The position numbers were made by a program, and so were the translations under genes. DNA of 64,000 bases from Octopus sinensis. Its lineage: Eukaryota. The notes below the pieces were generated by a model that had not been told where the DNA came from, did no database searches, and was given only the letters and a program-made list of their open reading frames with translations. The stretch lies in the NCBI RefSeq assembly GCF_006345805.1, contig NC_043009.1, positions 56,048,001 through 56,112,000 of the forward strand, read 5' to 3'. Shown piece by piece: positions 24,172 to 37,545 of the stretch; position 1 is the first letter of the stretch, and the number at the start of each line of letters is the position of its first letter.

Positions 24172-25198
24172 CACTCCATTATGACGTCGAAATATCAGAA
24201 ACGTTTATCCTTAAAACTTTATAAATAAGCTTTGATTGCAAAAAAAAACTTCAGTCTCTGTCCACCTTTCACGATGATTAGAGACTCAGCTAGAGGCGGA
24301 CCGAGGGGCTTACTCGAAAACCAAGGACTAGCGTGAAGTCAGAGATATCTTCACTTTGTTTTTGATGTTTGTAGGTTTATTTTATGCATCATTGAGTTTT
24401 TAAACACCCTCTGTAACACGCTGGTTAGTACTATAACAGTTACAGGGTGTACAGTAAAGCTATGGCTCTTAACCAGGCTATTCCAGTACATGAAACCTGA
24501 TAGAGTTCTAACCAGAAATATATACTTCGCTCTCTATACATGTACAAATTAACACATATGGGATAGATATGTGCTTAAAGGGAAATCCAAAGAGCCGACA
24601 TTCTGGAAATGAAGGTCTAGACGTAAGAATTACTGAAATTACTGAAAGATTGGACATAACAAAGATGATGCGAAGAGGAGAGACGGGTGGGACGAGAATG
24701 CTTGAATGGAGGTGCCAGGTTTCTAGCCAGCTTCAAGAAGCAAAGACAATTATAGTAGTGGTAATAAAGATAGAGAGCAAAGACTGCATGCGATTCCTAT
24801 GGGCCAGACCTTAGGTTGTATCTAGGAATAACTCTTTCCTAACAGTAGTCGTCGTCGTCGTCGTCGTCTTGGTCATCGTCATGGTCGTCGTGGTCGTGGT
24901 CGTGGTCGTCGTCGTTGTCGTGATAATGGGGTTACTGAGGGTGCATGCGTGTGTGCTCTCTGTTCAGTTTGTATTGATGTCGGTGGTTGCTTTCTATACC
25001 TTGACCCGAGCATAGGACGGGGCTCACCTCTTCGCGCTGGGAAAGGAATGGAATGCCTGGTGTGTGTCTTGTTGTGGCTACCTCAGCCTATGGGGTAATA
25101 GGCCTTGGTAAATAAATAAATAAATAAATAAACTAATAGAAAAAGATAACATGTACTTTAAGTCAAGTAAAGCCTTTTCTGATATGTGTGCGTATGTA

Positions 25199-25304
<106 letters not shown>

Positions 25305-25680
25305 TGTGTGCGCGTGCTCTATCTGCTATGTTCTGTAATAACCAGTCCTACTTATTAATGGAGACAGTTTATATTTCTCGTTTCAAAATCCTCATATTTC
25401 ACTTCCTTAACTTCCTTCAGGACAATGGTCTACTCTTGATCACCATCATCACTATAATCGCCATCATCGTCATCGGTGCTGTCACCTTGGTTGTTATCAT
25501 CGCTATCATCATCATCGTTGTAGTCATCATCGTTGTCATCATCATCATCATCATCATCATCATGATATTGCTTTAATGAACTTTGTTTCCATGGTTAATC
25601 TCGTAACTATTATTCTGTCTGTACTGTTGTGTTTTATTCTATTTGATTTATTTTTATTTTCCTTCCTTCCTTCCTTCTTT

Positions 25681-25713
<33 letters not shown>

Positions 25714-26334
25714 CCTCTTCCTCTGTGTCGATAAAAATCTAGTTTGTACCATTTCTACTGAAACAGGAAGAACAAAGTTACTGTTAAAGAAAGTTGTTTG
25801 TTGTAAAAGAGTACTGTCAGAAAGTGTTTGGCGCCAGAAGATGTATTTGTGAAACATTCATATATTACCAGGAACTTATAAACTGACATTTTCTGTTCTT
25901 ATTGTTTATTTTCAAGAAGTTGTTTATTTATAGGCTTTTGAGCCAGAAACAGTATCATTGTCGATGGTCGCTGGTTGAGATGACGCAGTGAGTGAAACTA
26001 CAATAATAAGATTTCACAATTCACTCCAAAGCATAAGTTCGACAAATTAAACATTGTACAAAAAATTAACGAGCAGCCTTCACCTTTTCCTACCCAATGA
26101 GGTTTTTAACCCACTATTCTATGCACAGATGTTTACAGCTAATTTTTTTGACCATATATGTGTGTATGTCTGTGTTTATGTATGTGTGTATGTATGTATG
26201 TATGTATGTATGTATGTATGTATGTATGTATGTATGTATTATGTATGTATGTATGTATGTATGTATGTATGTATGTATGTATGTATGTATGTATGTGTAT
26301 GTATGTATGTATGTATGTATGCATGTATAAGTTA

Positions 26335-26658
26335 AGTTAAGTTAGTTAAGTTAATTTTGGGGCTCAAAAAGCAAAAAGCAAGGCCATGTAGGGGGACATG
26401 GAGTTATGTACAGGGAGGGTGTTCATGCAAAGAGTTCAGGCCATTTCTGGTCAAGAGAGACTTTGAATCGAGCGGTCGTCGGCATCTTCACTATCTCGTC
26501 CGGCAGCTTATTCCACGGATCTGCAACCCGGACGGAGAAAGCCCCTCTCCTTCAATTGAAATGAAATCGTCGCAGATAGAGCTTTTCGGAGTGACCCCGC
26601 AGCCGACGCTCTGGAGCAGGAGTGAAGAACAGCTCTTTCGAGAGGTTACACTTTCCGC
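26335..26658 (-). mobile_element. CR1 LINE 3' fragment with (TTAAC)n tail
   Basis: LRGHSEKL...RRGAFSVRVADPWNKLPDEIV...FKVSLD, a CR1 ORF2 C-terminus. Confidence 0.85.
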
Positions 26659-27104
26659 TTATGTATGTATGTATGTATGTATGTATGTATGTATGTATGT
26701 ATGTATGTATGTATGTCATTATTCAATTTATTTCAAGATTTCTTGCCAATAGAGAAAGAACCGGTTTCTAACCTAGATCCAAAACTCCTTTAGTGGAATT
26801 TCAACATCAACAACAGGGTATTTTTGTTTGTTTGTATGTATACATGCAGATTTGTATGTTTTGTTTTGTGTATGTCTTCTCATGCATGTATTTGCATATC
26901 TAGACATGCTCATATATACATGTATGTATGTATGAATGTGTTTGTCTGTGTGTGTGTGTTCGTGTGTGTGTGTGTGTGCGTGTGTGTGTGTGTGCTCCAG
27001 CATGACCGCAGCAGTACGGTTGAAACACATTAAAGAAATAAAAGAAATACATCATACGTATATGATATAGACAGATAGACAGACAGATAGATAGATAGAT
27101 AGCA

Positions 27105-27135
<31 letters not shown>

Positions 27136-27140
27136 TAGAC

Positions 27141-27202
<62 letters not shown>

Positions 27203-27787
27203 CAAGACTGACACACACGCAGACAGACAGACACACAGATAGACAGACAGACAGACAGATAGTTTTCCAATAAGTTTTCATAAGTGAGAAAAAGAAGCAC
27301 GTATATTATGTAATAGAGTGGGTATGTTGTTTATATAAGATCATAAATTTAGTCTCATGGATTGGCATAAATTAGTAACATGAATTAGCTATTATGAGCC
27401 TGAATTATATGTTGTATAAACAATGGTGTGTATGTGTGCATGTGTGTGTACAGATGTGTGTGTGTGTGTGTGTGGATATATAGAGGCGCAGACATGGATA
27501 TGTGGTTAAGAGGTTCGCTTTGCAAACATGTTGTTTTGTGTTCATTCCCACTGCGCCGCAGTATGGACATGTGTTTCCTACTATAGTCCATAACATGTAA
27601 TTATACATGCTATATCTATCTGCATGTATGTGCACTTCTTAAGTCCTCATTCACAATTCAGAGTTCTGGCGAGGTGGGATTGAGCCTCATTCTCAAGAGC
27701 CAACCCCGGCTATCTTAGAGTGGGATTTGCGCTTGCATTAAAAAGTTTCTCGATTGTGTGGGAGTTCTCATAAAATAAGTCTTGAGA

Positions 27788-28044
27788 TGTCTGGGGAGAG
27801 CCATTTTCTTTTTGTGCCTTATAATGTAACACACTCACCGGTAAAATTTCCACTTATTTCTTATTTTTATTTTCCTTTTCAACCTTTTCAATAGTCTTGC
27901 AACCTTTTCAATAGTTTTGACTATTGAAGAGGTTGCAAGACGCAACGAAAATTTTAGGAAAATAAAAATATGGAAGAGGTGGAAATTTTACCGGTGAGTG
28001 TGTTACATTATAAGGCACAAAAAGAAAATGACTCTCCCCAGACA
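27788..28044. mobile_element. Second palindromic copy of the 20.7-kb PLE-like family
   Basis: same arm sequence; fold CTA-TTGAAGA-G-GTTGC aagac GCAAC-GAAA-ATT-T-TAG at 27921-27957. Confidence 0.7.
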
Positions 28045-28977
28045 CAACAGAATATGCTTCAACACACGAAATCATATAAAGAATCTTGCAAACCAAATCC
28101 AAAAACAAAAGTCTTGAGATTTTCTTAAGTCTTGAATCCGATGGTTTAAGCAACAGCATCATAGAGTGTAGAACTGAAAGAGGAGCGGTTCTCATCCATG
28201 AGGTTTGCTGAGTGATGTGTTACTCTGAAGCTTTTATTTTGATATCTACAGAAGAACGAACATTCTTACAACTATCATAGCTGTCGGTTTTGATCCAGTT
28301 GAGCTTCTTAATTTTTTGGTGTCCTTGTTCGTCTAAGGAGGAGAAAAATTACTTTTGGCAGTATCATGCGATAGTCTGTCCAACGCTCTTCTCTCTTCAT
28401 TGTGTGGGTAAGAAAAACAACTTTAAGACCCACCCGCTTAACCATAAGGAAGTTAAAGCCAATAAGATGTCAGTGTTTTGATTCTGGGATGCATCCCAAG
28501 GTTCTGTGTTTATTCTTCTACAAGAAAATTAGGGTTAATAATGGTGAGGCCGTGCCCCATGTGCACAAAATAGAATTGTATCGTCAGTGCTTTTAGTTTG
28601 CACTTTTTGTGAATGTATGTCACCTTATGTAGGTGTGTATGAGTGTGCATCTGTCTGTTGTGTGTGTGTGTACGCGCGTTGTACTAGATGTATGTGCGCT
28701 AGTTTGCATGTTGTTTTTACTTACGTAACAGCTACACTACAGCGTGGGTTGCGAATAAATATGTATATGAAGCATTATACATATGTGAAGAAATAAAAAA
28801 AAGCCTTGTGGTCTAACCATGGGGCCTAATTTCACAGCGAGACTACTGGCATATGGATATGACTCTCTATATTTACATGTTTACTTAAGTTGTGTATATT
28901 GCATTTGTATGTGTGTTGTATTCTTTGCGCGTGTGGGCCCTGAGTCAGCATACATGATGTGTATATGTATGCGTGTT

Positions 28978-29044
<67 letters not shown>

Positions 29045-29728
29045 TTAGCGTGGGGAATGAGAAGGCGACAAACAGAGAAAACAATAGACAGATAGACAGA
29101 TATAGAGCGAAAAAGAGAGTTTAATTGCTCTAAGATTTTATTGACTATAACCTATCATAATTTAATACAATTTCTACCCAAAGTGAACACTCTTTGATGA
29201 TCGTCTCCTTGCCGACAATAGAATCAGGGATTATCACAAAGACTTTGCGGATCATAAAATGGAAAATTTTATACAAAACCTGCTAATCGAATCTTCAGTT
29301 GACAGCTATCGAACCTCAATTTCATAACTGAATTATCAATCCCAAACAACCCTTCTGATGAAAGTAAACATCAGCTTATCATTGAAACACCATCGCATAA
29401 TTGCTAAGATAAAAAGTGAAACTGTGAGTCTACGGGTTGTACATATACACTAAGAAATTCCTTCCGTATATCTTTAACTTGTTTGGTCGTATTTAACTTG
29501 TTTTCTCTCTGCATAAATATATAAGACTTCTACTCTTTTGCTCTGTTGCATCACAAGAGCTTTTCGTCTTTATGAAGTCTAATAAACCAATCAGAATATT
29601 GAACACCGTCATTTTTCAAACTATTGGCCAAAATCAAATTACTTAACTTGTAACTCACAGTTTGAAAAATATGATAGGAGTTTGTGGAATTCGTGCTTTT
29701 ACCAACGACGTTAACGATGCAAACGAAA

Positions 29729-30121
29729 TCTCTCTATATATAAAGCTGAAGTTGTCTGTGTATGACAGGTTTGGTAGCCTTCAACTAACACTATCTTCTC
29801 CGAGACCCTGCGGCGCAAGTTGACCAAAATTGAGAGTATGATAGAAGAAGGCTTGCTCTTCCTTCCGTAGAAGAAAAAATTCAAATCGGACCATGTTAAC
29901 ACCAAAAATTATTTACATCAAAAAGGTGCTTTTTTTCTATGAAAATCCCTATTTTTTTACGATTTTTTAACTGCTGTGTCGCCCTTTTTCGGTGTATTTC
30001 TACCAGAAAAATGTTCACTGAAAGAGAATAACAAGCTACATAATGCAAAATTTTTACTTTTCAAAAATTCCAGTTCTAAAGGGTCGAAACAAACCCGAGC
30101 AACGCCGGGCGATACTGTTAG
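29729..30121 (+). mobile_element. Non-autonomous Helitron
   Basis: A|TC...TATATATAAA 5' end; subterminal hairpin CCCGAGCAACGCCGGG; 3' TTAG|T (CTAG variant). Confidence 0.8.
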
Positions 30122-31291
30122 TAAGAAATAAAATCGCTTCCAAACCATAAATGTAACTGCATAATGGACGGTCAGGAACTTAATTTTCCCAAATCTTCAG
30201 TCCTCGCCAACCGAAAGGGGATGCCAATTAGATTTGACTTTAATGTCCAAGAGAAAACTTACTGTAAAACAAACCATTGCCTCTCAAACAGAATTTTCTG
30301 ACATGAATGAATATTTTATTCCAAGTTAGTATAAAATTAGCAGCCTTCATATATACCAACAGCTTACTGATTATGATCCGAACATATAATAACAGGCGTT
30401 TAACTGAACAAGATAAAAAGTCGAATAATCGTAAGCTTCCAATTTGGGGCAAGAATATGCAAAACAACATTTGTATAAATTGCGGTAACTTATTCAAAAA
30501 TAAAAGCAAACTGGTATACCACTTTATGGAATACGAACAATGGAAGAAACTTTTGTATAAGCACCACTCCATCAACCCCGCAGACAATCACTAGCGACCA
30601 CTAACTATCTCAGCCTCAATCCTGGTACATCTTTTAGTTTCAGTATCTTTGGTACTTATATTCTGAAAGAAAATAACGAAGTAGGCTTCTCTTTCACGTT
30701 ATCGTTTTATACTGGGAGCTACGGCATATTTTAGCGAATATGATCCTCTCTCTGAAACGTTTAAGACAAGCATGAACAACCTTTTACGTAGAACTGAAAG
30801 TTATGAGATATCGCTCATCATAAATCAGTCCACACTACTAAAACAATATTTTAACAAGCCATATAGATAAGACAGAGTATACCATATGTTACAGCAAGTA
30901 TATCATTAAAAGTTGATCGAGAGAAAATTTGACTGAATGAAAGAGGGAGAAAGAGAGCGGGATAAACAGAGAGAGTCACGAATTGTTCAAATGAATAAAG
31001 TCTGACCTTAAAGAATCTATCTCTCTCTCTTTCTCTCTTTATATATATATTTTTTTATTTATCTATTTATAGTAAAGGCATTACTATATATAAATGCCTC
31101 ACACTAGGAGGGACTCTTAAAGTCAAAACTACCATAATAAATAAACATATTGTACCGTATACGACGGAACGCAACTCTCAAAGCAAGCATTTTAAAAACA
31201 GAATTCAGCTGCATATCATATGATTTCATAATTAGAGCACAAAATGCACCTTTTAATCTTCAGTGCAAGCTGCAATTTTATATATATATAC

Positions 31292-31780
31292 GTACAGGGG
31301 ACGGACAAAAAATGGAAACACCTTGTTAAATGGTCGTCATATTACTTAATACGGAGTCACCTCACTTTTCGCATCAATCTCAGTTTTAAATGTTCAGAAA
31401 CTGACTCGCACAGATTCTGAACGTTCGTTGGGAGAATTTTGAGCCATTCTTCAAGTAAAACCTACCTTAACCCTTTCAGCGACAATAGCGGAGGGAAGTA
31501 GTTCCACACTTCCTCCTGCATCTGCTCCGTAAATCCCCGATTATATTGAGATCTAGTAACTGTTGAGGTTCAGTCTAAGTGGTCTGCTTCACTTCTATAC
31601 TCTTCATAGCAATTTTGAACAATATTTTTAACTGGTGTAGAGTATGTCGCGGCATCATCTCCACGATTGCATTCAAGTTGAGGGTTGAAGCAAACTTACA
31701 TCATTGTTTCCAACTTATACTTTGTGTGATCTTCAGAATATATTTTTTCCGCAACATACGGGTAACTTTCACGTAACACT
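31292..31780 (-). mobile_element. Tc1-like transposon relic (3' end and TIR)
   Basis: TA-CAGGGGACGGACAAAAAATGGAAACACC TIR; decayed DDNAP...WYEE...W(P)PQSPDL region. Confidence 0.65.
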
Positions 31781-31789
31781 TTTGAAATA

Positions 31790-33350
31790 CCAGCGAAATT
31801 TCAATGCCAGTTAATCTCTAAAGGAATTCTGTCACATATTGCACTTTGTTTGCTAAGATTATGCGTGTTAGTTTGGCTTTCTTTGCTAAACTTAGCTATG
31901 CCATTTGCTATTTCCTTTAATCGTGATTCACTGTAACCGCGTTTGACATAATGGTGTACAGAAGCATTTGCATGTTTCCAGTAATCCACTATGTAAGTAC
32001 AAATACGTTTCATTCTAAAAAATTGGGGGTTCGGATTCGGCCGAATTATATAATGTGGGTGATCGGAGCGGCGGTGGAGGTAAATGTGGGATGACGTGGG
32101 CTTCTAAAATAACTCTGTCGCTATTCTGCCACCAGAAAACTTAACTTTTGTGTCCAAAAATTCAACGCTAGTTTTTGAAAAACTAGACGTAAATTTTATG
32201 CTGGACTTAAAGCCATAATTTTTAGTATAACAGTCACAGAAATGCAAGAAGTCGAATAAACTATCCTGTGATTCTTCCCAGACAAAAAAGACGTCATCAA
32301 TGAACCGTAACCAGAGTATTGGTTCATGACGATATAGGGATTTGAATGTCTTCAGTAACTGTGCACGAGTTTCGTCATGAAGACATAAGTGAAATTAACT
32401 GCCATGGGGGTACCCATGGCGCTACCCCTGGTCTGGTAGCAATTTGTTTTTGTCCAAACCGTTTTTCAAAGGCGTTCATGCATGCTTCTACCTCTTCATC
32501 GTGGTCAATATTGGGATATAAGGAAGAAACATCCATGGTTACCAAAAAAGTTTTCGAGATGGCTTTGGTACTTAAAAATGTTGTTGATTTTAGACACAAA
32601 ATCAAAAGTATCCCGAATATAGGAACTTGATCTTTTTGCGATAGGGAGTAGAAAGTCATCCAGCCACTCCAAAACTTTGGCTGTACAACATTCATATCTG
32701 CTGCAAATTGGATGCATTGGAGGAAATCTTACGGACATTTTGTCTATTTTGGGGAGACCATAAAATGCAGTTGTTCTTTTTATCCGTAAAATCCTGGATT
32801 CGGCCTTATAAATGAAATTGTCTTCCTCCATTTCCAGAATTATTTTGTCAAGTTCTTCTCTGTAATTGGGGTTTGGATTGACAGATAATTCTTCATATGA
32901 AGTTTTGTCACTTAAAACTCTTCACAAGCCGAAATATACTCTTATCCACCATTTTAATAACAATAGAATCATTATTAGCGAGACAACGGAGTGCGTAACA
33001 CTGGGAATTTGTGAGGTTATTTCAGGACTTCTTTCCACTTGTTTTAAGGATTTCTCTAATGCCTGCCTGACAAGATTTAAGAAATTCCAGTAGTGCTTGT
33101 GAACGTCCATGCTGAACTGTATCTGGCTACCAATTGGGATTCTTTTCAATTTAATTATGCCGGATTCGATCATCATCATTTTTATTTTCAGTAAGCATAG
33201 AGTTTTCTGACTATTCGTTGTCATTTTTTTCCAAAAAATATTCCTTCAGCTTTTGATGACGGACAAACTGAAACAGCCCTTGAGCTAGTTTATTCTTAGT
33301 ATTTTGGCAGAAACTCAGTCCAAGCTCCAAGACAAAGACATCATCTGGTA
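31790..33350 (-). mobile_element. Penelope-like element RT relic (Neptune-like)
   Basis: FYGLPKI, LVTMDVSSLYPNIDH, G.AMGTPMA, WLRFIDDVF, KRIC...RGY; frameshifted. Confidence 0.9.
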
Positions 33351-33487
33351 AAAGTTTTCTTTTTGCCAGTTGTAAACTTGAAAGTTGAAGACTGATATCA
33401 TTCCATCAACGTGGGAACGCTGGTTTCCCTCGTTCAAATTTTGGATTTGAATTTCTGTAATTTTGAATTTCTGTGTATCACTTCATT

Positions 33488-33530
33488 TTGAACTCGACAA
33501 AGACAAGCTAGCTGTTGAAATATCGTTCAA
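33488..33530 (+). ncRNA. Degenerate hammerhead-like motif upstream of, and antisense to, the PLE ORF
   Basis: TTGAAC-TCGACAA-A-GACA...TGTT-GAAAT-ATC-GTTCAA followed by AATAAA. Confidence 0.55.
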
Positions 33531-33629
33531 CCAATAAAAAAAATCTATTGCAATCGCATCGCGCTCTTTGTATTGTCTAATAATAATAATAATAATAGTA
33601 ATAATAATAATAATAACAATAATAATAAT

Positions 33630-34185
33630 AATAATAGCTCTGATGCAGTCCCAGGCAGTGTCTTTTATGGCTTCTTATCTTAACTCATTGGAGATGTTAA
33701 CATGTCCGTGTTTTGACTTGGGCTAAATATTCTGCTCAATACCGCAGATTTGTTTTTCAGTTGTTTGACCTTAAACAGTTGAGTATGTCTCTTAGTGGCT
33801 GACGATATGTGCATCTCTGATCACGAGTAGTATTGGGGGAGCTTCAGAAGCGTGTGTTGAGAGGAATTCTTTGGGGTTTGAATAATTCACCTCTGGAATA
33901 ATTCACTTCATTCATCATCTTTGAAAAACCTTTAAACCCTTATTCAGAGACCTTTTGAGTGAGATGGGCTTCACGATAGGGGAAAAAAATTGTAACTGGG
34001 TCCCACCTGCATAGTCATACGCTGTTAATCTTGCTGCAAGATCACCATATCACGCACACATGGTTGTAATACATGTGCATGGTGCACCCTTATCAGATGA
34101 ATAGTCAAGAAGGGTATATTAGGCTTCGTATATTTATACCCCAGTGTCACTTTGATGGCATGTACTGCTCATCTCACTCAATAAT
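33630..34185. mobile_element. Unclassified non-coding repeat embedded in (AAT)n
   Basis: AAT tracts on both sides; internal 13-bp inverted repeat; no ORF. Confidence 0.5.
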
Positions 34186-34587
34186 AATAGCAATAATGTC
34201 ATTTGTTATAGAATCTAACATATTATACTGGTGAAGATTAATTAAAAACCATTATGTCATCATTCCGTTTGTGATACTGCTACAATTATATACAACCACT
34301 TCTGTAAAAACATCCACGTCACCTTATAACTACATAAACATAGGAAGGTTTTGGGGGTTTCTTTTTTGTTAGTTTTTGGACAAAATAGTAAAAATAAATA
34401 TTTTTATAATTTCACATTCCTCTGTTTTCTTCAACCTCACGAAAAACTAACAACTTTAGATTCTGTGATATACATGAACATATATGTACATATATATATA
34501 TGTGTGTGTATATACATATATGCACATACATATACCTCTCTCACTTTATATATATCATATATATATATATATGATGCATGTATACAT

Positions 34588-34686
<99 letters not shown>

Positions 34687-34769
34687 ATTTATGACAATAT
34701 AAACAAAATAGTGGGATATTTTAACACTTTCCTGCATGTGTGTGTGTGTGTGTGTATGATAATGACTAT

Positions 34770-34928
34770 GTAGGAATGGCTGTATGTTGAGTAACTTGCT
34801 TACGAACCACATGGTTCCGGGTTCAGTCCCACTGCGTGACACCTTGGGCAAGTGTCTTCTACTATAACCTCGGGTCGTCCAAACCTTTATGAGTGGATTT
34901 GGTTGACGGAAACTGAAAGAAGCCCGTC

Positions 34929-34959
<31 letters not shown>

Positions 34960-35210
34960 CGTGTGTGTGTGTATGTGTGTGCGTGTGTGCATGTGTGTGT
35001 ATGTTTGTGTGTCTGTGTTTGTCCCCCCAATATCGCTTCACAACCGATGCTGGTATGTTTACGTTCCCGTAATGAGACCGATAGAATAAGTACTGGGCTT
35101 ACAATGAATAAGTCCTGGGGTCGATTTGCTCGACCAAAGGCAGTGCTCTAGCATAGCCACAGTCAAATGACTGAAACAAGTAAAAGAGTAAAAGAGTAAA
35201 GAGTATAACT
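34770..35210 (+). mobile_element. SINE family B
   Basis: full head, body and tail match. Confidence 0.88.
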
Positions 35211-35354
35211 GTGTGATTATGTTGGTATGTTATTCAGCCATCAAATAATTGCAACAACATCATTATCAGACAAAACAGCATTAACAAAACAGTAACCGCA
35301 ACAATAACTGCAACAACAAAAATGACAATAACAATGACGACAACAGCAGCATCA

Positions 35355-35731
35355 GTGGAGGTGCAATGGCCCAGTGGTAAGGGCAGCGGACTCGCGGTCG
35401 GAGGATCACGATTTCGATTCCCAGACCGGGCGTTGTGTGTGTTTATTGAGCGAAAAAAACCTAAAGCTCCACGAGGCTCCGGCAGGGGGTGGTGGCGACC
35501 CCTGTTGTACTCTTTCGCCTCAACTTTCTCTCACTCTTTCTTCCTGTTTCTTGTCCCCGACTTCCTACGCAACCGCTGAGCCTGGATGCTCATTCATCCA
35601 TCCGTCGATGCTCTCGGTTGACCTGCTTTCTCTTCTGTGGGTCTTACGAATAGCAAAGGACCACGTTTCGGACTTCTCCCACCTCTCGAGCTCTGGGACG
35701 AAGGCCGCTTCGCTCAACAAACAAACAAAAA
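35355..35731 (+). mobile_element. SINE family C, full length, with 13-bp TSD
   Basis: tRNA-like head TGGCCCAGTGGTAAG...TTCGATTCC; (AAAC)n tail; TSD AACAGCAGCATCA at 35342-35354 and 35732-35744. Confidence 0.92.
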
Positions 35732-36639
35732 AACAGCAGCATCAAGCTCGCGAACCAAATGACGGTACTTCTACAACCTGAAAAATATAGCAGCAAAGTT
35801 TCCCTTAAGTTACGTTCTATGGTCTTTAAAAAGACGGGTACATTGTATAGCATATTTCAAGATACACTATGTCTGCAAAAAAAAAAAAGAAAGAAAGAAA
35901 GAAAAGAAAAACGACTGCAAAGCAACAATGAGTGATTACCAACTTAGATCTATTGAATCAGAGTTAACCCGATTGCTAAATAACAACATTAGCAGTAGCA
36001 GTCTGCCAATTAAAAAAGGAAAATCTGGAAATGAATACCCAGCCTTAGATTTTACTCTGGTTGTTGATAGTGTTGATGTAATTTTTCAGTTGAAATTCGT
36101 CACTGTTCGCTCGCTATTCCTAACAGCTTTTCGCTGTTGACGCCACTAGAAATAAACAATATCATCGTCAAAGGCGTGAAATTGTAATTCACAGATGAAT
36201 ACAATGAAGATGAATTAAAATGTCATGGAACAGTTCCAGCTGCTATAACTGTTTGATCAACGGCTTTTCGCTGCTATGTTCGTGGTAGTAGGAAATATAT
36301 GAAAGAAACAATATAATACCCTCATTATCGCACGACGGTTCCATGACAAACACACAAAGCAATGTGTGGTGCGTGTGTATGTATATCTGTGTACTGTGTA
36401 TGTGTTACACCGGTCTAAATACACTTTGCTTACGTTGAGTTTCTTTATGTCATGCAACATAGTGGTTCGACAATTAAAAATCGATAAAGCAAATACCAAA
36501 CTGAAACCAGTATTGGGTGTGATCGATTAAGTCCTTGAAAGCTTGATGCTCCAGCATCATCATAGTCCGTGGCTGTATGCCATGAAAGAGTATATAGTTA
36601 AAAAGAATAATTTTCATCGTTGTTTTCCACTGATGCTTA

Positions 36640-37545
36640 AAAGTTTACAGCAATATCTGCTCATTCTTAGTACGTTCTGGAAGATTCGAACGTGAATGTC
36701 TGAATCGTGTGTTATGATCACACATCGTCTAAAAGGAAGAAGTGTTCTCCGATGGCGAAAAACAGCAGCGATCAGATATTCGAATTCGAATTTGCCAGAA
36801 CGTATTGAGAATGGATACGTTACTGTTTGGATTTTCGCTGCTCTGCATACACCACGTGAATCATTATCTGTTTGACAGACACAGCACGTATCTGCAAATA
36901 ATATTGTTTGCTGATTCCTATAAACAATAACTCATGCATTTGTTAGATTTGTAGGTCTGGCAGAATAGCGTCAACTGAGGAGACATAACGAAGTCGAAAC
37001 ACCGGTGAATTGTGTGTTAAGAACAGATATGGTCTAAAGCAGTGGTTCTCAACCGTTTTTTTACCAATGGACCCCTTTGATTACTATTATACTCTGATGG
37101 ACTCCCATAGTCATTCGATGTTTAAAAGCTAGTTTCATAGATACTTCTTTCAAAATTCCTATTTTGCTTTTCCCACCTTCACTCGTATAGATTTGCAACA
37201 GTACTCGCCGAGAATACATGCTTCAGTTAACAGAAGCATGCTAAACTACGTAAAACATTAGAGAAAGAAACCTAACTGTTTCTGCAATAAATACACCGAA
37301 ATCAAAATTTATTTTTATGATCTCTTAAAAAACTACTGTGGATACCAATTTACTATTTTGCTTGAATGGATTCCCAGGAATCATATGGACCCTGCTTAAG
37401 AATCACTAGTCTAAAGGGAGGATTTGTTCTCTGACGAAGAAAAACAACTGTGATCAAATATATTCATTCACATTCGAATGTGCAAAGGAGTATTAAGAAT
37501 GGATACGGTATTGTTTGGATTCTAACTGTTCTGAGTGCACATGCA
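36640..37545. mobile_element. Decayed PLE-like terminal-repeat cluster (direct and inverted repeats, hammerhead-like cores)
   Basis: about 36730-36850 recurs at about 37415-37545; short inverted copy near 36660-36700; CTGAGGA-GAC...GTC-GAAAC at 36975-37000. Confidence 0.5.
37040..37408. mobile_element. hAT (Charlie-type) MITE
   Basis: TIR CAGTGGTTCTCAAC; 8-bp TSD GTCTAAAG at 37032-37039 and 37409-37416. Confidence 0.88.

Noticed and set aside
29350-29395. CTGATGA...GAAAC hammerhead candidate
   Set aside because: No helix II closing onto GAAA and no helix I.
33245-33280. TTGATGA-CGGACAAACT-GAAAC
   Set aside because: The base of helix II is mismatched and there is no helix I; it lies within the PLE relic.
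36115-36150. Helitron 3' end (hairpin plus CTAG)
   Set aside because: CTAG is followed by A rather than T, and I found no matching TC 5' end.
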